Shown here: positions 51,961 to 64,000 of the stretch, in pieces | Layout of the letters: every line of letters begins with the position of its first letter | Position numbering within the stretch: the stretch's first letter is position 1 | Source of the DNA: Eledone cirrhosa | Lineage: Eukaryota | NCBI GenBank assembly: GCA_964016885.1 | Contig: CAXHJY010001206.1 | Location: 1 to 64,000 of the forward strand | Reading direction: 5' to 3' | Length of the DNA stretch: 64,000 bases | Program-made: the position numbers and the translations under genes | Notes under the pieces: generated by a model | What the model saw: the letters and a program-made list of their open reading frames with translations, nothing else | What the model was told of the DNA's origin: nothing | Databases searched by the model: none

Positions 51961-54113
51961 GAACGACATATTTATAACCCCTTCAAGAGTTGAAAGCTCT
52001 TTATCCTTTTTATCTTTAGCGTTTCTGTTATTAGTTTTGCTGCTGTTGCTGGTGTAACTGAAGTGAAACCATTTATGTTGTTGTGGTTGTTGTTATTGTT
52101 GTTGTTGTTAGCCGTTAATGTCTCTCATTGACACTGATTGTGGTGATTCTGTAGGTAATAATGTCAACTCTTCTCTGCAGATCATTACATCATTATCTCA
52201 ACGTCTTCTCGTCTGTTTTATTATGTTTCACACGAGTTGTACTGATATACAACGCAACATTACTCTGTACTTACCAATTATGTTATTTTCTCTGTCAGAC
52301 ATTTCAATTCATTATTTGCCCACGAGATTATTTGCTCTGACTAATTATATTTCGGTCTATTCAGCATTACAATTTCTTTTGCTCTTTAACATTTGTAGAT
52401 TTGCTATTAACAAATGTTTTAATTTTTGCCATGTTTGATATATTTGGCGGTATGGCCGCCAATATATGGGCAGATAACCCATGGGAGACAAACCATTAGC
52501 TTTATTGACGTACCTCGAAAAAATACCGGTCTGAAAGATGTATCAAATACGAGTAGTGATAATTCTGTGAGACGTCTGACGTGAGTTTCTTTCTCTGGTT
52601 CGATTGTAAAATTGGCTGAGATATGACAAGATGATGATATATGAATTATAAATAGTCATCTGAATCTAACTAATTCTTATAAGCTGCTTCAAACTTATTC
52701 CATGAGTATGGTATTAATTCCATCGCGAAAAGCAGTCCGTCGTCGTAAAAATAAAAGCTTCTATGCAGTCAGTCTAATCCTTTATTCTGCTGAACTAAAA
52801 CACCACAATGAAGAACAGAACGTTAGGAGCAAACCTATACTTCTTTAGTAGAAATATTAAATACCTTTTGATTAAGTCTTGAAAATACATGTTTCAATTT
52901 CAGTGCTCTGCCTGCAATATAAATCAAGTCGCTTAACTTTTAATATCTTTGCCACGGCTTCTCCTTTGTTCTACTTGAGTTTCTTGCTGAATTCATTGTA
53001 GCTAACCTGAGATTAATTTGTTGAGAAAAGAGAAAGGAACGATAAGAGGCCTTGATAGCAGTTGAAGCTAATTGCCATGGACATAAAATAAGAGAAAATG
53101 TGGCAACATAAGAGAATGTATTTTTGTTTAGTTCCCGCTTGATCGTATCAATATGGTGTCGGATTCCTAACTGAAAGAAAGTCCACAATTTCACATCTTG
53201 TCAGTCAATGAACATTTTTCTTTCTAACGTCGCCGTTCATCTAGCGGCAAACAATTACCATAAATAGGTTTAAAAAAACAAAAACGTGCAGTAATACCTA
53301 CCTGACAAGTGTTTCAAGAGCTTGCGGAGTTAGGTTCAACCCCCTTCCATTGCTATAGATCCCAGAAGAGGCACACTACTTGAAAATACTAGTTCTCTAG
53401 CTATATTTCGTATAATGTGACGCAATGCCACCAATAAGCACCACACTTAGCACCATCATCCCCACCATCTTTCAACTTCCACCACCATCACTAGCAACAT
53501 CACAACACCAACACTTTAACTATCAATATTACCATATGATGTGTCTGCTAACAATATTGCAGTAGCTCTCCCTTTGTATTACCGAAAGTTCAAGAGAAGT
53601 GAACCGCATATCTTCATCGTGATACAAGAACTAGGAAACTTGAATTAAAATGTAATTTCATTGGTTAAGTTATTGCTGCAGCTACTGCTGCTATAGCTGT
53701 GGTTTTGTGTTTTTTTTTTATTGTTGTTGTTATTGCTGTTGTTAAAACCTTAGGTCAGTTCTAAGAGAACATACCTATAATCAAATGTATTCCAGCCATG
53801 ATTATCTCATCTCTTTCTATCTTTTTCAGACATCACGACCTAAGATGTCATTTTCTATTCTGTAACAAGGGAGAGTGGTGTTGATTCGAGAGAAAATTGA
53901 CTTCTATTTCTAGCAGATCCTGCATTGTTATTGTTACTACGGCTGCTGCTACTGCTGCTGCTGTTGATATTGGTTCTTACTTACTTTTGCTTCCGTCTAT
54001 CTGTTTTTCTTCACGTATTTATTTCAGTAGAGGTCTTCAGTTCAATTTCTTTATAATATCTTGCTTTCAAAAAACCCGACATCTTCATTATTATTATTAA
54101 TATCATAAAGCCA

Positions 54114-54182
<69 letters not shown>

Positions 54183-54571
54183 GTTATTGTTGTTATTATT
54201 ATTACTTTCGTTTATAATCGCCGTCTTCATACATTTTCCTCGCGACCAGACAAAAGATGAAAGCTAAATATCCGTGCAAGCAATATAATATCCATTCCAT
54301 CCTTCTCACTTTAATTCTTTTTTCAGCTTCTTTACTTTTCTTAACCAGACTTACCATATTTTTACCCAACAACATCTTTCCCGCCTCACTCACCCGTTCT
54401 CCCCCCCCCCCTTCTCCCCCCTCTCTCTGTTTGTCTTCGTCTTTATGTATACATATTAACATACATATATACAGACACAAAATTGCTAACATAAACATCG
54501 GCCCAACCATACACATTGCTGCATATACACACATATATATATATATGTGTATATATAAATATATATATGCG

Positions 54572-54602
<31 letters not shown>

Positions 54603-54603
54603 A

Positions 54604-54699
<96 letters not shown>

Positions 54700-55579
54700 C
54701 GTGTGCGTGCGTTTGTGTGTGATGTGTGTATATATATATAGATATATATATACATACATGTATGCATATATACATATACAAATACATACGTACATTCAAA
54801 CATACATAAATACATACGTACATACATACATACGTACGTACATACATACATACATACATACGCACACATACATACGACCAAACATACATACATACAAATA
54901 TACAAACACACATAATACATACATACAAATATAGATACATACATACACACATACATACGCACACATACATACGACCAAACATACATACATACAAATATAC
55001 AAACACACATAATACATACATACAAATATACATACATACATACATACATACAAATATACATACATACACACATACATACATACATAATACATACACACAT
55101 ACATACATACATACATACATACATACACACATACATACGTACATACACACATACATACGTACATACATACATACATACATACATACATACATACATACAT
55201 ACATACATACATACATACATACATACATACATACATACATACATACATACATACATACAATGTCACAATCTGTTTATATAAACGTTTATTCGTCGCACAT
55301 TCGTAGCTGTAAACCGATTCTTATAGTTGCTCTGAAGAAAACGTAATATCTTCACTGATTCCTGGTTTTGACAGCCAACCAAATTCTGTAGACAACAAGA
55401 CGATGTTATGTTCTCAAACGGATATATGCCATGCCAACACTTACATATATGGTTACTCTGACAATGACTTTTCCAAACAAACATGAATTATATATACATA
55501 CATACATACATATATATAGATACACACAAACATACATACATACATACATACATATACACACACACACACACATACACCT

Positions 55580-55655
<76 letters not shown>

Positions 55656-55707
55656 AAATATATGTACATATATATGTGTATATATATGTATATATAGATG
55701 TACATAT

Positions 55708-55768
<61 letters not shown>

Positions 55769-55833
55769 TGTGTGTGTTAGGTGTGTAACTACAGTTAATA
55801 TATATATATAATATATATGTATATGTGTATGTG

Positions 55834-55909
<76 letters not shown>

Positions 55910-56699
55910 CACACACACAAGCTCACATTTAGGCGTACACATGCACACGTACATATATACACAGGCGTATACATATACATACATAACATTTGTTGTGTTA
56001 GTATATAATATGAATATTTTATCTCTTCCGAATCTCGTCTGTCGCCAGCCACACGCACACACGTAGGTACACACAAATACACATACATACACACAAATAC
56101 ACATACATACACACATATACGCATACATAGATGCTGCAACACAAACATAAACTTGGTATATAAACACATACGCTTACTCACATTTATATATAGAATATTA
56201 GACATGTAAAACCACTATCACAACGAACACCAACAACATCACAACCATCAACTTCATCATCAGCATCATCATCAGCAACAGCATCACCAACACCAAACGC
56301 CCCCGTCACCATCTTACCATCATCACCAACACAACAACACAACCATCACCTCTAACACCACCACCACCACCACCACCACCATTAATACTAACACCTCTAT
56401 CAATACAACTAACGTTAACAATATCAACATCGCCAGGTCTAAACGACTTTCATAGACAGTGTCAGCCCCTTAAATATTCCCCCTTATCTACATCATCACA
56501 ACAACACAACAACACAACAACACAACAACACAACCATCACCTCTAACACCACCACCACCACCACCGCCACCACCACCACCACCACCACCACCACCACCAC
56601 CACCACCATCAATACTAACACCTCTATCATGACAACTACATTAACAAGATCAACACACACACACACACACACACACACCATCACGAACATCTCTATCAC

Positions 56700-57560
56700 C
56701 AGAAATAATAGTTTCTACATTTGGCACAAGGCCAGCAATTACCCAGCAGTGCATTACTGGTACTTTATTTTATCGACCCCGAAAGGATGAAAGGCAAAGT
56801 TAACCTCGGCGGGATTTGAACTCAGAATGGCAAGGGCCGTAACTCTATGCGTCAAAGCATGGCGTGCCAATCCTCCCAGAAATAATTGTTTCTACTTTAG
56901 GCACAAGGCCAGCAAATACCCAGTGTATTACTGGTACTTTATTTTATCGACCCCGAAAGGATGAAAGGCAAAGTTAACCTCGGCGGGATTTGAACTCAGA
57001 ATGGCAAGGGCCGTAACTCTATGCGTCAAAGCATGGCGTGCCAATCCTCCCAGAAATAATTGTTTCTACTTTAGGCACAAGGCCAGCAAATACCCAGTGC
57101 ATTACTGGTACTTTATCCTCCCAGAAATAATGATTTCTTATATAGGCACAAGGCCAGCAATTTTGGGGGAGGGGTAAGTCGATTGAATCGACCCCAGTTC
57201 GTGACTGGTACTTTATTTTATCGACCCCGTGAGGATGAAAGGCAAAGTTAACCTCGGCGGGATTTGAACTCAGATCATAAAGGGCCGTAACTCTATGCAG
57301 CAAAGCATGGCGTCCGATGCTCTACCGATACTGCCAATCCTCCCAGAAATAATGATTTCTAGTATACGCAGTAATTTGGGGCTAGGAGGAAGTCGATTAA
57401 ATCGACCCCAGTGCATTACTGGTGCTTTATTTTATCGACCCCGTAAGGATGAAAGGCAATTTAACCTCAGTGGGATTGGAACTCGGACCGTAAAGGACCG
57501 TAACTCTATGCTGCAAAGCATGGTGTCCGACTCTTTACTGATACAACCAATCCACCACCC
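56700..57560 (-). mobile_element. Head-to-tail array of five tRNA-derived SINE copies
   Basis: Copies start near 56710, 56886, 57061 (partial), 57131 and 57351, each preceded by ccagaaataat. Confidence 0.85.
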
Positions 57561-57923
57561 TTATCACTAGAAATAACATTAACAATATCAACATCTCCAG
57601 GACTAAACAGCCATCATAGCCAGTGTCAGCCTCTTTAAATACTCGCCCACACCTACATCATCACAACTAATTCTATCGCCATCATCATCATCGCTATCAA
57701 CACGAACAATTACCGTCCTTCTTGCTTCTAAGTTTCTACTTCAGGTTGTCAAAAAACATCAGACATACATATCATTTCACATATACATAGCAACAAAATT
57801 GAGAACTTGTGAGAGAGAGAGAGGATGGAATAAATGTTTATATATTTACACACACACACGCGCGCACACTCACACACACACGCACACATATATATATATA
57901 GAGAGAGAGATAGGTAGATATAG

Positions 57924-58045
57924 TGAAGGCGCGTGGCACAGTGGTTAGAGAATTAGATTCGCAATCATGAGGTTGTGAATTCGATTCCTGAACCGGGCGG
58001 GGCGTTATATCCTTGAACAAGACACTTTATTTCACGTTGCTCCTT
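57924..58045 (+). mobile_element. tRNA-derived SINE 5' part (CORE-like family)
   Basis: A box tggcacagtgg, B-box-like aattcgattcc, and ccttgaacaagacacttt. Confidence 0.75.
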
Positions 58046-58158
58046 CTACCAGGAGCTGCGACCGATAGATAGTATTAGCAATTTGAAAGACCAAGGGAAA
58101 CATTGTTTCCTCGGCCCGATTTGACGAAAGTCGATCGACTGTCGATATAGATATAATC

Positions 58159-58237
58159 AGAATAGATGGAGGAGAAGGCAAAACATTTAAAAACAAATTT
58201 TGTTTTTAAAAGTATTGCCTTCTCCTCCATCTATTCT
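58159..58237. repeat. 79-bp near-perfect palindrome
   Basis: agaatagatggaggagaaggcaaaacatttaaaaacaaa / tttgtttttaaaagtattgccttctcctccatctattct. Confidence 0.9.
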
Positions 58238-58489
58238 ACTTATACTTGCTCTGCTTACCTTCTGCACCTCACTCTCATTAAATATTAACCTTTCTGTAAT
58301 ACTTAACACTGCAACTCTAAGCATTGAGCACACTTTGCGTCAGCTATTGGCGTCTCGTATACTGACTGTATCACAATTTGTTCTCTCTCTTCCACTCTTA
58401 TGATACATATCTCTTCTTATGTGTGTATATATATATATGTGTGTATATATATAGGTGTGTGTATATTTATGTGTGAATATATATATATA

Positions 58490-58527
<38 letters not shown>

Positions 58528-58590
58528 CACAATAAAGCAATGCAAATATCAGATAAGTAGCACTCTACAGTTTGTAGGACTGGAGTATAA

Positions 58591-58794
58591 ATAATATAAG
58601 ATCAAAAGATGGTTAAAAGAGTTCCAAGTATTTTGATATGTTGATTTAAAACTTCACTGCTCACAAGTGTTTTTTAAGCTTCATATCATGTCTCCCTATT
58701 TTATCTGATGAGAACGCAGATATCATCCCATGATATTTGTTTTTGAAATGCGCATAATAAAATACTTGGAACACTTTTAACCATCTTTTGATCT

Positions 58795-58802
<8 letters not shown>
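58591..58802. mobile_element. Inverted pair of PLE-type termini enclosing a hammerhead
   Basis: ~44-bp inverted ends ataatataagatcaaaagatggttaaaagagttccaagtatttt; right end runs into (TA)n. Confidence 0.7.
58697..58764 (+). ncRNA. Type I hammerhead ribozyme motif (best-formed in the window)
   Basis: Stem I tattttat/ataaaata, CTGATGA, 14-bp stem II with one mismatch, GAA, palindromic stem III ATGCGCAT, triplet AUA. Confidence 0.8.
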
Positions 58803-58860
<58 letters not shown>

Positions 58861-59042
58861 GGTGAGAGAGAAGGAGAGAGAGAGAGAGAGAGAGAGGGTG
58901 AGAGAGAAGGAGAGAGAGAGAGAGAGAAGAATGTAGAGCCGTGGGCCATTGAATAACTGCTGTGTCAAGGAGACTGGATAGAATTGAGTTTCTCTCATCT
59001 TTACCAGGATCTATATTGGAAAACCTCAATATCTCCATATAC

Positions 59043-59112
<70 letters not shown>

Positions 59113-59355
59113 TGACAGGGCAGCAGAAAATTGTGTTCGAATCACAGAAGAGGTGTAGGGCACGACCGATTGAGCGTACCTAGAAAACGTATGTTAAGGG
59201 TATTCTGCGACTCTTTGCCATTGAGGAAAGATTCTCTTTTCTTGTGCGAGGATATATACATTTGTCATTTATCTAATCCAATTTCTTAATATCATTATGG
59301 ATTTTAAGCTTCAAAATGTTCAATAATGATAAATATATAACATTAATTATCAAAG

Positions 59356-59539
59356 GGCGGTGAATTGGCAGTATCGGTAGAGGGTTGGACGCCATGCTTT
59401 CTAGCATAGTTACGTCCCTTTACAGTCTGAGTTCAAATCCCGCCGGGGTTAACTTTGCCTTTCATCCTTACGGGGTCGATAAAATAAAGTACCAGTAATG
59501 TACTGGGTAGTTGCTGGCCTTGTGCCTAAAGTAGAAACA
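59356..59539 (+). mobile_element. Full-length tRNA-derived SINE
   Basis: A box tggcagtatcgg, B box gagttcaaatcc, 14-bp TSD attaattatcaaag; empty paralogous site near 62054. Confidence 0.9.
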
Positions 59540-59732
59540 ATTAATTATCAAAGCTGTAATTTTTCCTTGTTATAGTAAAAATATGGTTTTGACAGAATTA
59601 TCAACAAACCTGGCTATATAAATATATGTTTATTTTTTTCTTTCACAGAAACAATACAAATAACGTTTTATCTTTTAAATTAATATAATAGATTTACTAT
59701 TTGTAATATAATTTGAAACGCATTCTCCAGTT

Positions 59733-59804
59733 GGCTCGTTGGTCTAGTGGTATGATTCTCGCTTAGGGTGCGAGAGGTCCCGAGTTCAATTCCCGGACGA
59801 GCCC
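59733..59804 (+). tRNA. tRNA-Pro: tRNA-Pro (AGG), near-canonical
   Basis: 72 nt GGCTCGTTGGTCTAGTGG..CTCGCTT-AGG-GTGCGAG..GACGAGCCC; one A.C mismatch in the T stem; oligo-T terminator 4 nt downstream. Confidence 0.85.
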
Positions 59805-60178
59805 TACATTTTTTTGTGTAATTCTAACGCTATTTTTTGCTACTCTGTCAGAATTCAGATCAAACATAAATTTAAATTTATATGATTTTCAGTTATCTAT
59901 TATTTTTCTTTCTGTCTTTGAAGTTAATTATCATAACAATGTCTTATAAATAATTAACTTTTTGTGAGACATATAAAGTCAATTGCCATATATTTCTGAG
60001 AAGGAAGAGTGTAACAGAGTGTATTTACATTGGTTTATGTTTCCACAGGACTTCACATTGGAGATTCCAATGAAAAAAAAAAAACAACTTCTGACGTCCA
60101 CCAGCGTCGCTGACGTAGATTTTAACAACTTTTTCCTTTAGTATATTATATTTAAAAGGAAATGGATAATAAAATGTC

Positions 60179-60250
60179 GGAATTTTCCGTACATTGAATT
60201 CGGGCACTCTTGTATCTGAAAAGAGAATCTTTCACCTAAGCCAAAGAACC
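60179..60250 (-). pseudogene. Highly degenerate tRNA-Pro pseudogene
   Basis: Collinear 72-nt match to the reverse complement of tRNA-Pro with many substitutions. Confidence 0.6.
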
Positions 60251-60352
60251 TTTAAAACAAATTTTCTAGGTATGCTCATTAGATCGAGCCCCTTTCCATT
60301 CATTTATTTCTCAATATCGTTAAGGATTCTAAGCTTCAAAATATTTAATAAT

Positions 60353-60407
60353 TGTTTCTACTTTAGGCACAAGGCCAGCAATTACCCAGTGCATTACTGG
60401 TACTTTA
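60353..60407 (-). mobile_element. 5'-truncated SINE 3' end
   Basis: Family tail flanked by an 18-bp TSD ttcaaaatatt(t/c)aataat. Confidence 0.8.
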
Positions 60408-60566
60408 TTCAAAATATTCAATAATGTTAAACGTATAATATTAAATTTTTATTGTTGTAGTTTTCCTTGCTACTAGAAAAATATGGTTATGACTGAATTA
60501 TCAACAAACCAGGCTGTTTTTTTCTCTCTGCTTGTTTTGTTCTTTTATAGAAACAATACGTGATAC

Positions 60567-60749
60567 ATTCGTAGAAAAATGGAAAAACTGGACTTAAGGA
60601 AGCTGTTAAAACAGCGGCTCGAAGTGAGTCAACTCAATTTGACCCGCTGGTTCTGTCCTTCGTGGTAATGGTTTACCCATCGCCGTTTCGACGGCATTTT
60701 GCTGTTTTAACAGTCTCCTTACGCCGAGTTTTTCCATATTTCTACGAAT
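60567..60749. repeat. MITE-like element with ~48-bp imperfect inverted ends
   Basis: attcgtagaaaaatggaaaaact..gctgttaaaacagc / gctgttttaacagt..agtttttccatatttctacgaat; right arm recurs near 62415-62471. Confidence 0.65.
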
Positions 60750-60875
60750 TCTAATACACTCACGTTTCAAAATTCGATATGTGAGATAATTTTGTTAATA
60801 GAAGATACATTCTGTCATTTAAATTAATATAATAGATTTTCTATGTGTAATATAATGTTAAGCGTCTTATCATTT

Positions 60876-60947
60876 GGCTCGTTGTTCTAGAGGTACGATC
60901 CTCGCTTCGGGTGCGAGAGGCCCCGCGTTCAATTCCCGAACGAACCC
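60876..60947 (+). pseudogene. tRNA-Pro: tRNA-Pro (CGG) probable pseudogene
   Basis: 72-nt Pro body with mismatches in the D, T and acceptor stems. Confidence 0.75.
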
Positions 60948-61309
60948 TAATCTTTTTCGGCGATTCTAACTCTATTTTCTGCAGCCTTGTCAGAATTCTG
61001 ATTAAATATAAATTTAAATGTATATGATTTTTCAGTTATCTAATATTTTTCTTTCTCTGTTAATTATCATAACAATGTCTTATAAACAATTAACTTTTTG
61101 TGAGATATCTGAAGTCGCTATATATTTCTGAGAAGGAAGAGTGTAACAGAATCTATTTACATTGGTTTATGTTTCCACAGCACGACTTCCCATTGCAGAT
61201 TCGAATGGAAAAAAAATTCTACTGACGTCGACCAGCGTCGTTGACGTAGATTTCAACATATTTTTCCTTTAGTATATTGTATTTAAAAGGAAATGAATAA
61301 TAAAATGTC

Positions 61310-61373
61310 GGGATTTTCCGGAAATTGAACTCGGGCACAAGGAAAAAGAATCTTTCCTCAAAGCCAAAGAGGC
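61310..61373 (-). pseudogene. Highly degenerate, internally deleted tRNA-Pro pseudogene
   Basis: Paralogue of 60179-60250 and 63051-63122 with the same flanks. Confidence 0.55.
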
Positions 61374-61508
61374 GCAGAATAGCTTTAACATAGGTTTTCT
61401 AGGTACACTCATCAGATCGGGTCACTTTCCTCTTACTTATTGTTATATTGTGTTCAAAATATAATTGAAAAAACCCCCCCAAAAAACGAATAAAAATTGA
61501 ATGTAATT

Positions 61509-61580
61509 GGGCTCGTCCAAGATTCGAAACCGAGCACTCTCGCACCCAAAGTGCGAATCATACCCTTAGACCAACGAGCC
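61509..61580 (-). pseudogene. tRNA-Pro: tRNA-Pro (TGG) probable pseudogene
   Basis: Two anticodon-stem mismatches and a weakened T stem; 5' flank shared with 63220-63291. Confidence 0.75.
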
Positions 61581-62257
61581 TCTTATGCTTACAATTGATC
61601 CAATATTATATTTAATTTTGATATCTTAAAAGAGAATCATTTGTAATTTTAACGTATTGCTGATATCATTGAAATTGAGAATCATTGTAGTAAAACAATA
61701 TTTTTTTTATTATACATAAAAATATATGTGACATTTGTTTTAAAATAGTTTATTAAATTGAGAAACAGGAAAGAGCTCCTTTGAGATTTCACCCTGGGAC
61801 CAAATCACACCCCAAAGTAAGGTACTTCAGCCTTCATACCCAACATCCAGCTAAAGAACATTAAATACATAATTGGAAATGTAACATAACTATGTATAAA
61901 GTGGTATAATTTTTATCTTTAGACCAGGAGTATGTTTCTCTCATACATTACGTGAGGTCTAGGATATTTAGATTTATCATTTATCTAATCCAATTTCTTA
62001 ATATCATTATAGATTTTAAGCTTCAAAATTTTCAATAATGATAAATATATGACATTAATTATTAAAGTTGTAGTTTTTCCTTGTTATAGTAAAAATATGG
62101 TTATGACAGAATTATCAACAAACCTGGCTGTATATATATATATATATATATATATTTCTTTTTTCTTTTCACAGAAACAATACAAGTTGCGTTATGTCTT
62201 TTAAATTAATATAATAGATTTACTATTTGGAATATAATTTGAAACGTTTTCCTAGTT

Positions 62258-62329
62258 GGCTCGTTGGTCTAGTGGTATGATTCTCGGTTAGGGTGCGAGA
62301 AGTCCCGGGTTCATCTCCCGAACGAACCC
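62258..62329 (+). pseudogene. tRNA-Pro: tRNA-Pro (AGG) probable pseudogene
   Basis: G.G mismatch in the anticodon stem, T loop TTCATCT, acceptor and T stem mismatches. Confidence 0.75.
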
Positions 62330-62610
62330 TAATCTTTTTCTAAGTTTCTACGCTATCAGAGTTCAGGTGATGCATAAATTTAAATGTATATAATTGGGTA
62401 ATGTTTTACCCAACGGCATTTTGCTGTTTTAACAGCTTCTTTGCGCCGAGTTTTTCCATAATTCTACGAATTCTAATACGCTCACGTCTTAAAATTCGAT
62501 TTGTGAGATAATTTTGTTAATAGAAGATACGTTCTGTCATTTAAATTAATAAAATTTTTATATAATATAGATTTTCTATTTGTAATATCATTTCAAGCGT
62601 CTTATCAGTT

Positions 62611-62682
62611 GGCTCGTTGTTCTAGAGGTATGATTCTCGCTTACGGTACGCGATGTCCCTGGTTCAATTCGCGGACGAGCCC
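62611..62682 (+). pseudogene. tRNA-Pro-derived pseudogene with ACG at the anticodon position
   Basis: Intact Pro acceptor stem, loop TT-ACG-GT, broken anticodon and T stems. Confidence 0.75.
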
Positions 62683-63050
62683 TACATTTTTTTTGAGTGA
62701 TTTTAACGCTATGTTCTGCTGCTCAATCAGAAATCTGGTGAAATATAAATTTAAATGTATATTATTTTCAGTTATCTAATATTTTTTTCTGTCTCTGAAG
62801 TTAATTATCATAACAATGTCTTATAAACAATTAACTTTTTGTGAGATATCTGAAGTCGCTATATATTTCTGAGAAGGAAGAGTGTAACAGAATCTATTTA
62901 CATTGGTGTATAGTTCCACAGCATGACTTCTCATTGCAGATTCGAATGGAAAAAAAATTCTACTGACGTCGACCAGCGTCGTTGACGTAGACTTTAACAT
63001 CTTGTTCCTTTAGTATATTGTATTTAAAAGGAAATGGATAATAAAATGTC

Positions 63051-63122
63051 GGGACTTTCCGGAATTGAACATGGGACCTCTCGCACAAGAAAAAAGAATC
63101 TCTCCTCTAAGCCAAAGTGTCT
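63051..63122 (-). pseudogene. Degenerate tRNA-Pro pseudogene
   Basis: gggacctctcgcac and agaatc blocks match the reverse complement of tRNA-Pro. Confidence 0.65.
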
Positions 63123-63219
63123 CTGAATACCCTTAACATAAGTTTTCCAGGAACACTCATTAGATCGGGTCACTTTCCTCTTACTTATTTTTAAAAACGA
63201 TTTAAAAATGAACATAGAT

Positions 63220-63291
63220 GGGCTCGTCCGGGATTCGAACCCGGGACCTCTCGCACCCAAAGCGAGAATCATACTCCTAGACCAACGAGCC
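63220..63291 (-). tRNA. tRNA-Pro: tRNA-Pro (TGG), near-canonical
   Basis: All stems pair; B box GGTTCGAATCC; D loop AGGAGT instead of AGGGGT; T5 terminator about 10 nt downstream. Confidence 0.9.
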
Positions 63292-63410
63292 TCTTATGCT
63301 TCCAGTTGATCCAAAATTATATTTAATTTTGATATGTTAAAAGAGAATCATTTGTAATTTTAACGTATTGTTGATATCATTGAAAGTGAGAATCATTGTA
63401 GTAAAACAGT

Positions 63411-63815
63411 ATCTTTATCTCTATAAAACTGAGGATGTGTGTGTGTGTGAGTTTGAATCCCTAAAACTCGAGAAGTACCCAACCGACTGTTTTCAAACTT
63501 TACACATATCATACTTATGTTGCAGGGAGTGTTCCGAGCAACAAACATTCAAATTTTCAATGCCATAGGGACCGCATTAGGTGATTTAGCGATCTCTCTA
63601 TATAATTCTTAGTCTTTCTCTTTTTAGATAGATACATACACATAACGTCGCGCCCTTATAATATCAGTCTGTATGTCTGGCTGTCTGCATTACGGAGAGA
63701 GATCGCTAAGTCGCCTAATGCGGTCCCTAGGGCATTGAAAATTTGAAATTTTCTTTGCTCAGAACACTTCCTGAAACACAAGTATGACATGTGTAAAGTT
63801 TGAAAACTGTCGGTT
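63411..63815 (+). mobile_element. Helitron-like 5' end with internal ~120-bp inverted repeat
   Basis: tctttatctctataaaactgaggatgtgtgtg resembles the 48865 Helitron start; arms at 63481-63599 and 63696-63815. Confidence 0.5.
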
Positions 63816-64000
63816 TTCTACAATACTAAGCGGTAAAATAGTAACTATTGTTCTCGTAAAGGCACGTAAGTAAGCAACACTGGGAAAACTGAAGCTATTA
63901 TAGCGATGTGTTTCTTTACCGGCTTTAATTTTTAGTGTTGTGTGAAATATATAACCTGCAAACCTGATTTTTGAATCGCAGCAGGATCGACTTTATTTCA

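Noticed and set aside
52118-53250. Unique sequence with several short AG/GT-bounded minus-strand segments
   Set aside because: Segments contain stops or are very short and give no recognisable protein.

Overview
Repeat-dominated, AT-rich animal genomic DNA. The microsatellite load and SINE families suggest an octopus or other cephalopod (inference). No host protein-coding gene could be identified with confidence, and most ORFs in the track are translations of (TA)n, (CA)n, (TATG)n, (ACC)n and (GA)n repeats. Supported content: (1) a decayed Penelope-like retroelement (PLE; RT YVDD, Cys linker, GIY-YIG; Naiad-like) at 49.7-51.5 kb with a hammerhead ribozyme (HHR) relic and 28-bp inverted termini; (2) several short PLE-type type I HHR modules in or beside (TA)n tracts, often as head-to-head fold-backs; (3) a ~600-bp non-autonomous RTE-type retroelement in four copies plus a shorter relative, carrying a C2H2-finger coding tail and sitting in (TATG)n; (4) two tRNA-derived SINE families, L1/Tx1 and R4/Dong-like fragments, a Helitron with a duplicated 5' end, and hAT, piggyBac and pogo-type MITEs; (5) a degenerate 18S rRNA fragment; (6) a 4.7-kb 15-bp array that is open as (GGVGY)n on + and (ANTTI)n on -; (7) a tandemly duplicated tRNA-Pro cluster at 59.7-63.3 kb with two near-canonical genes and seven pseudogenes. 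All alignments and folds were done by eye.
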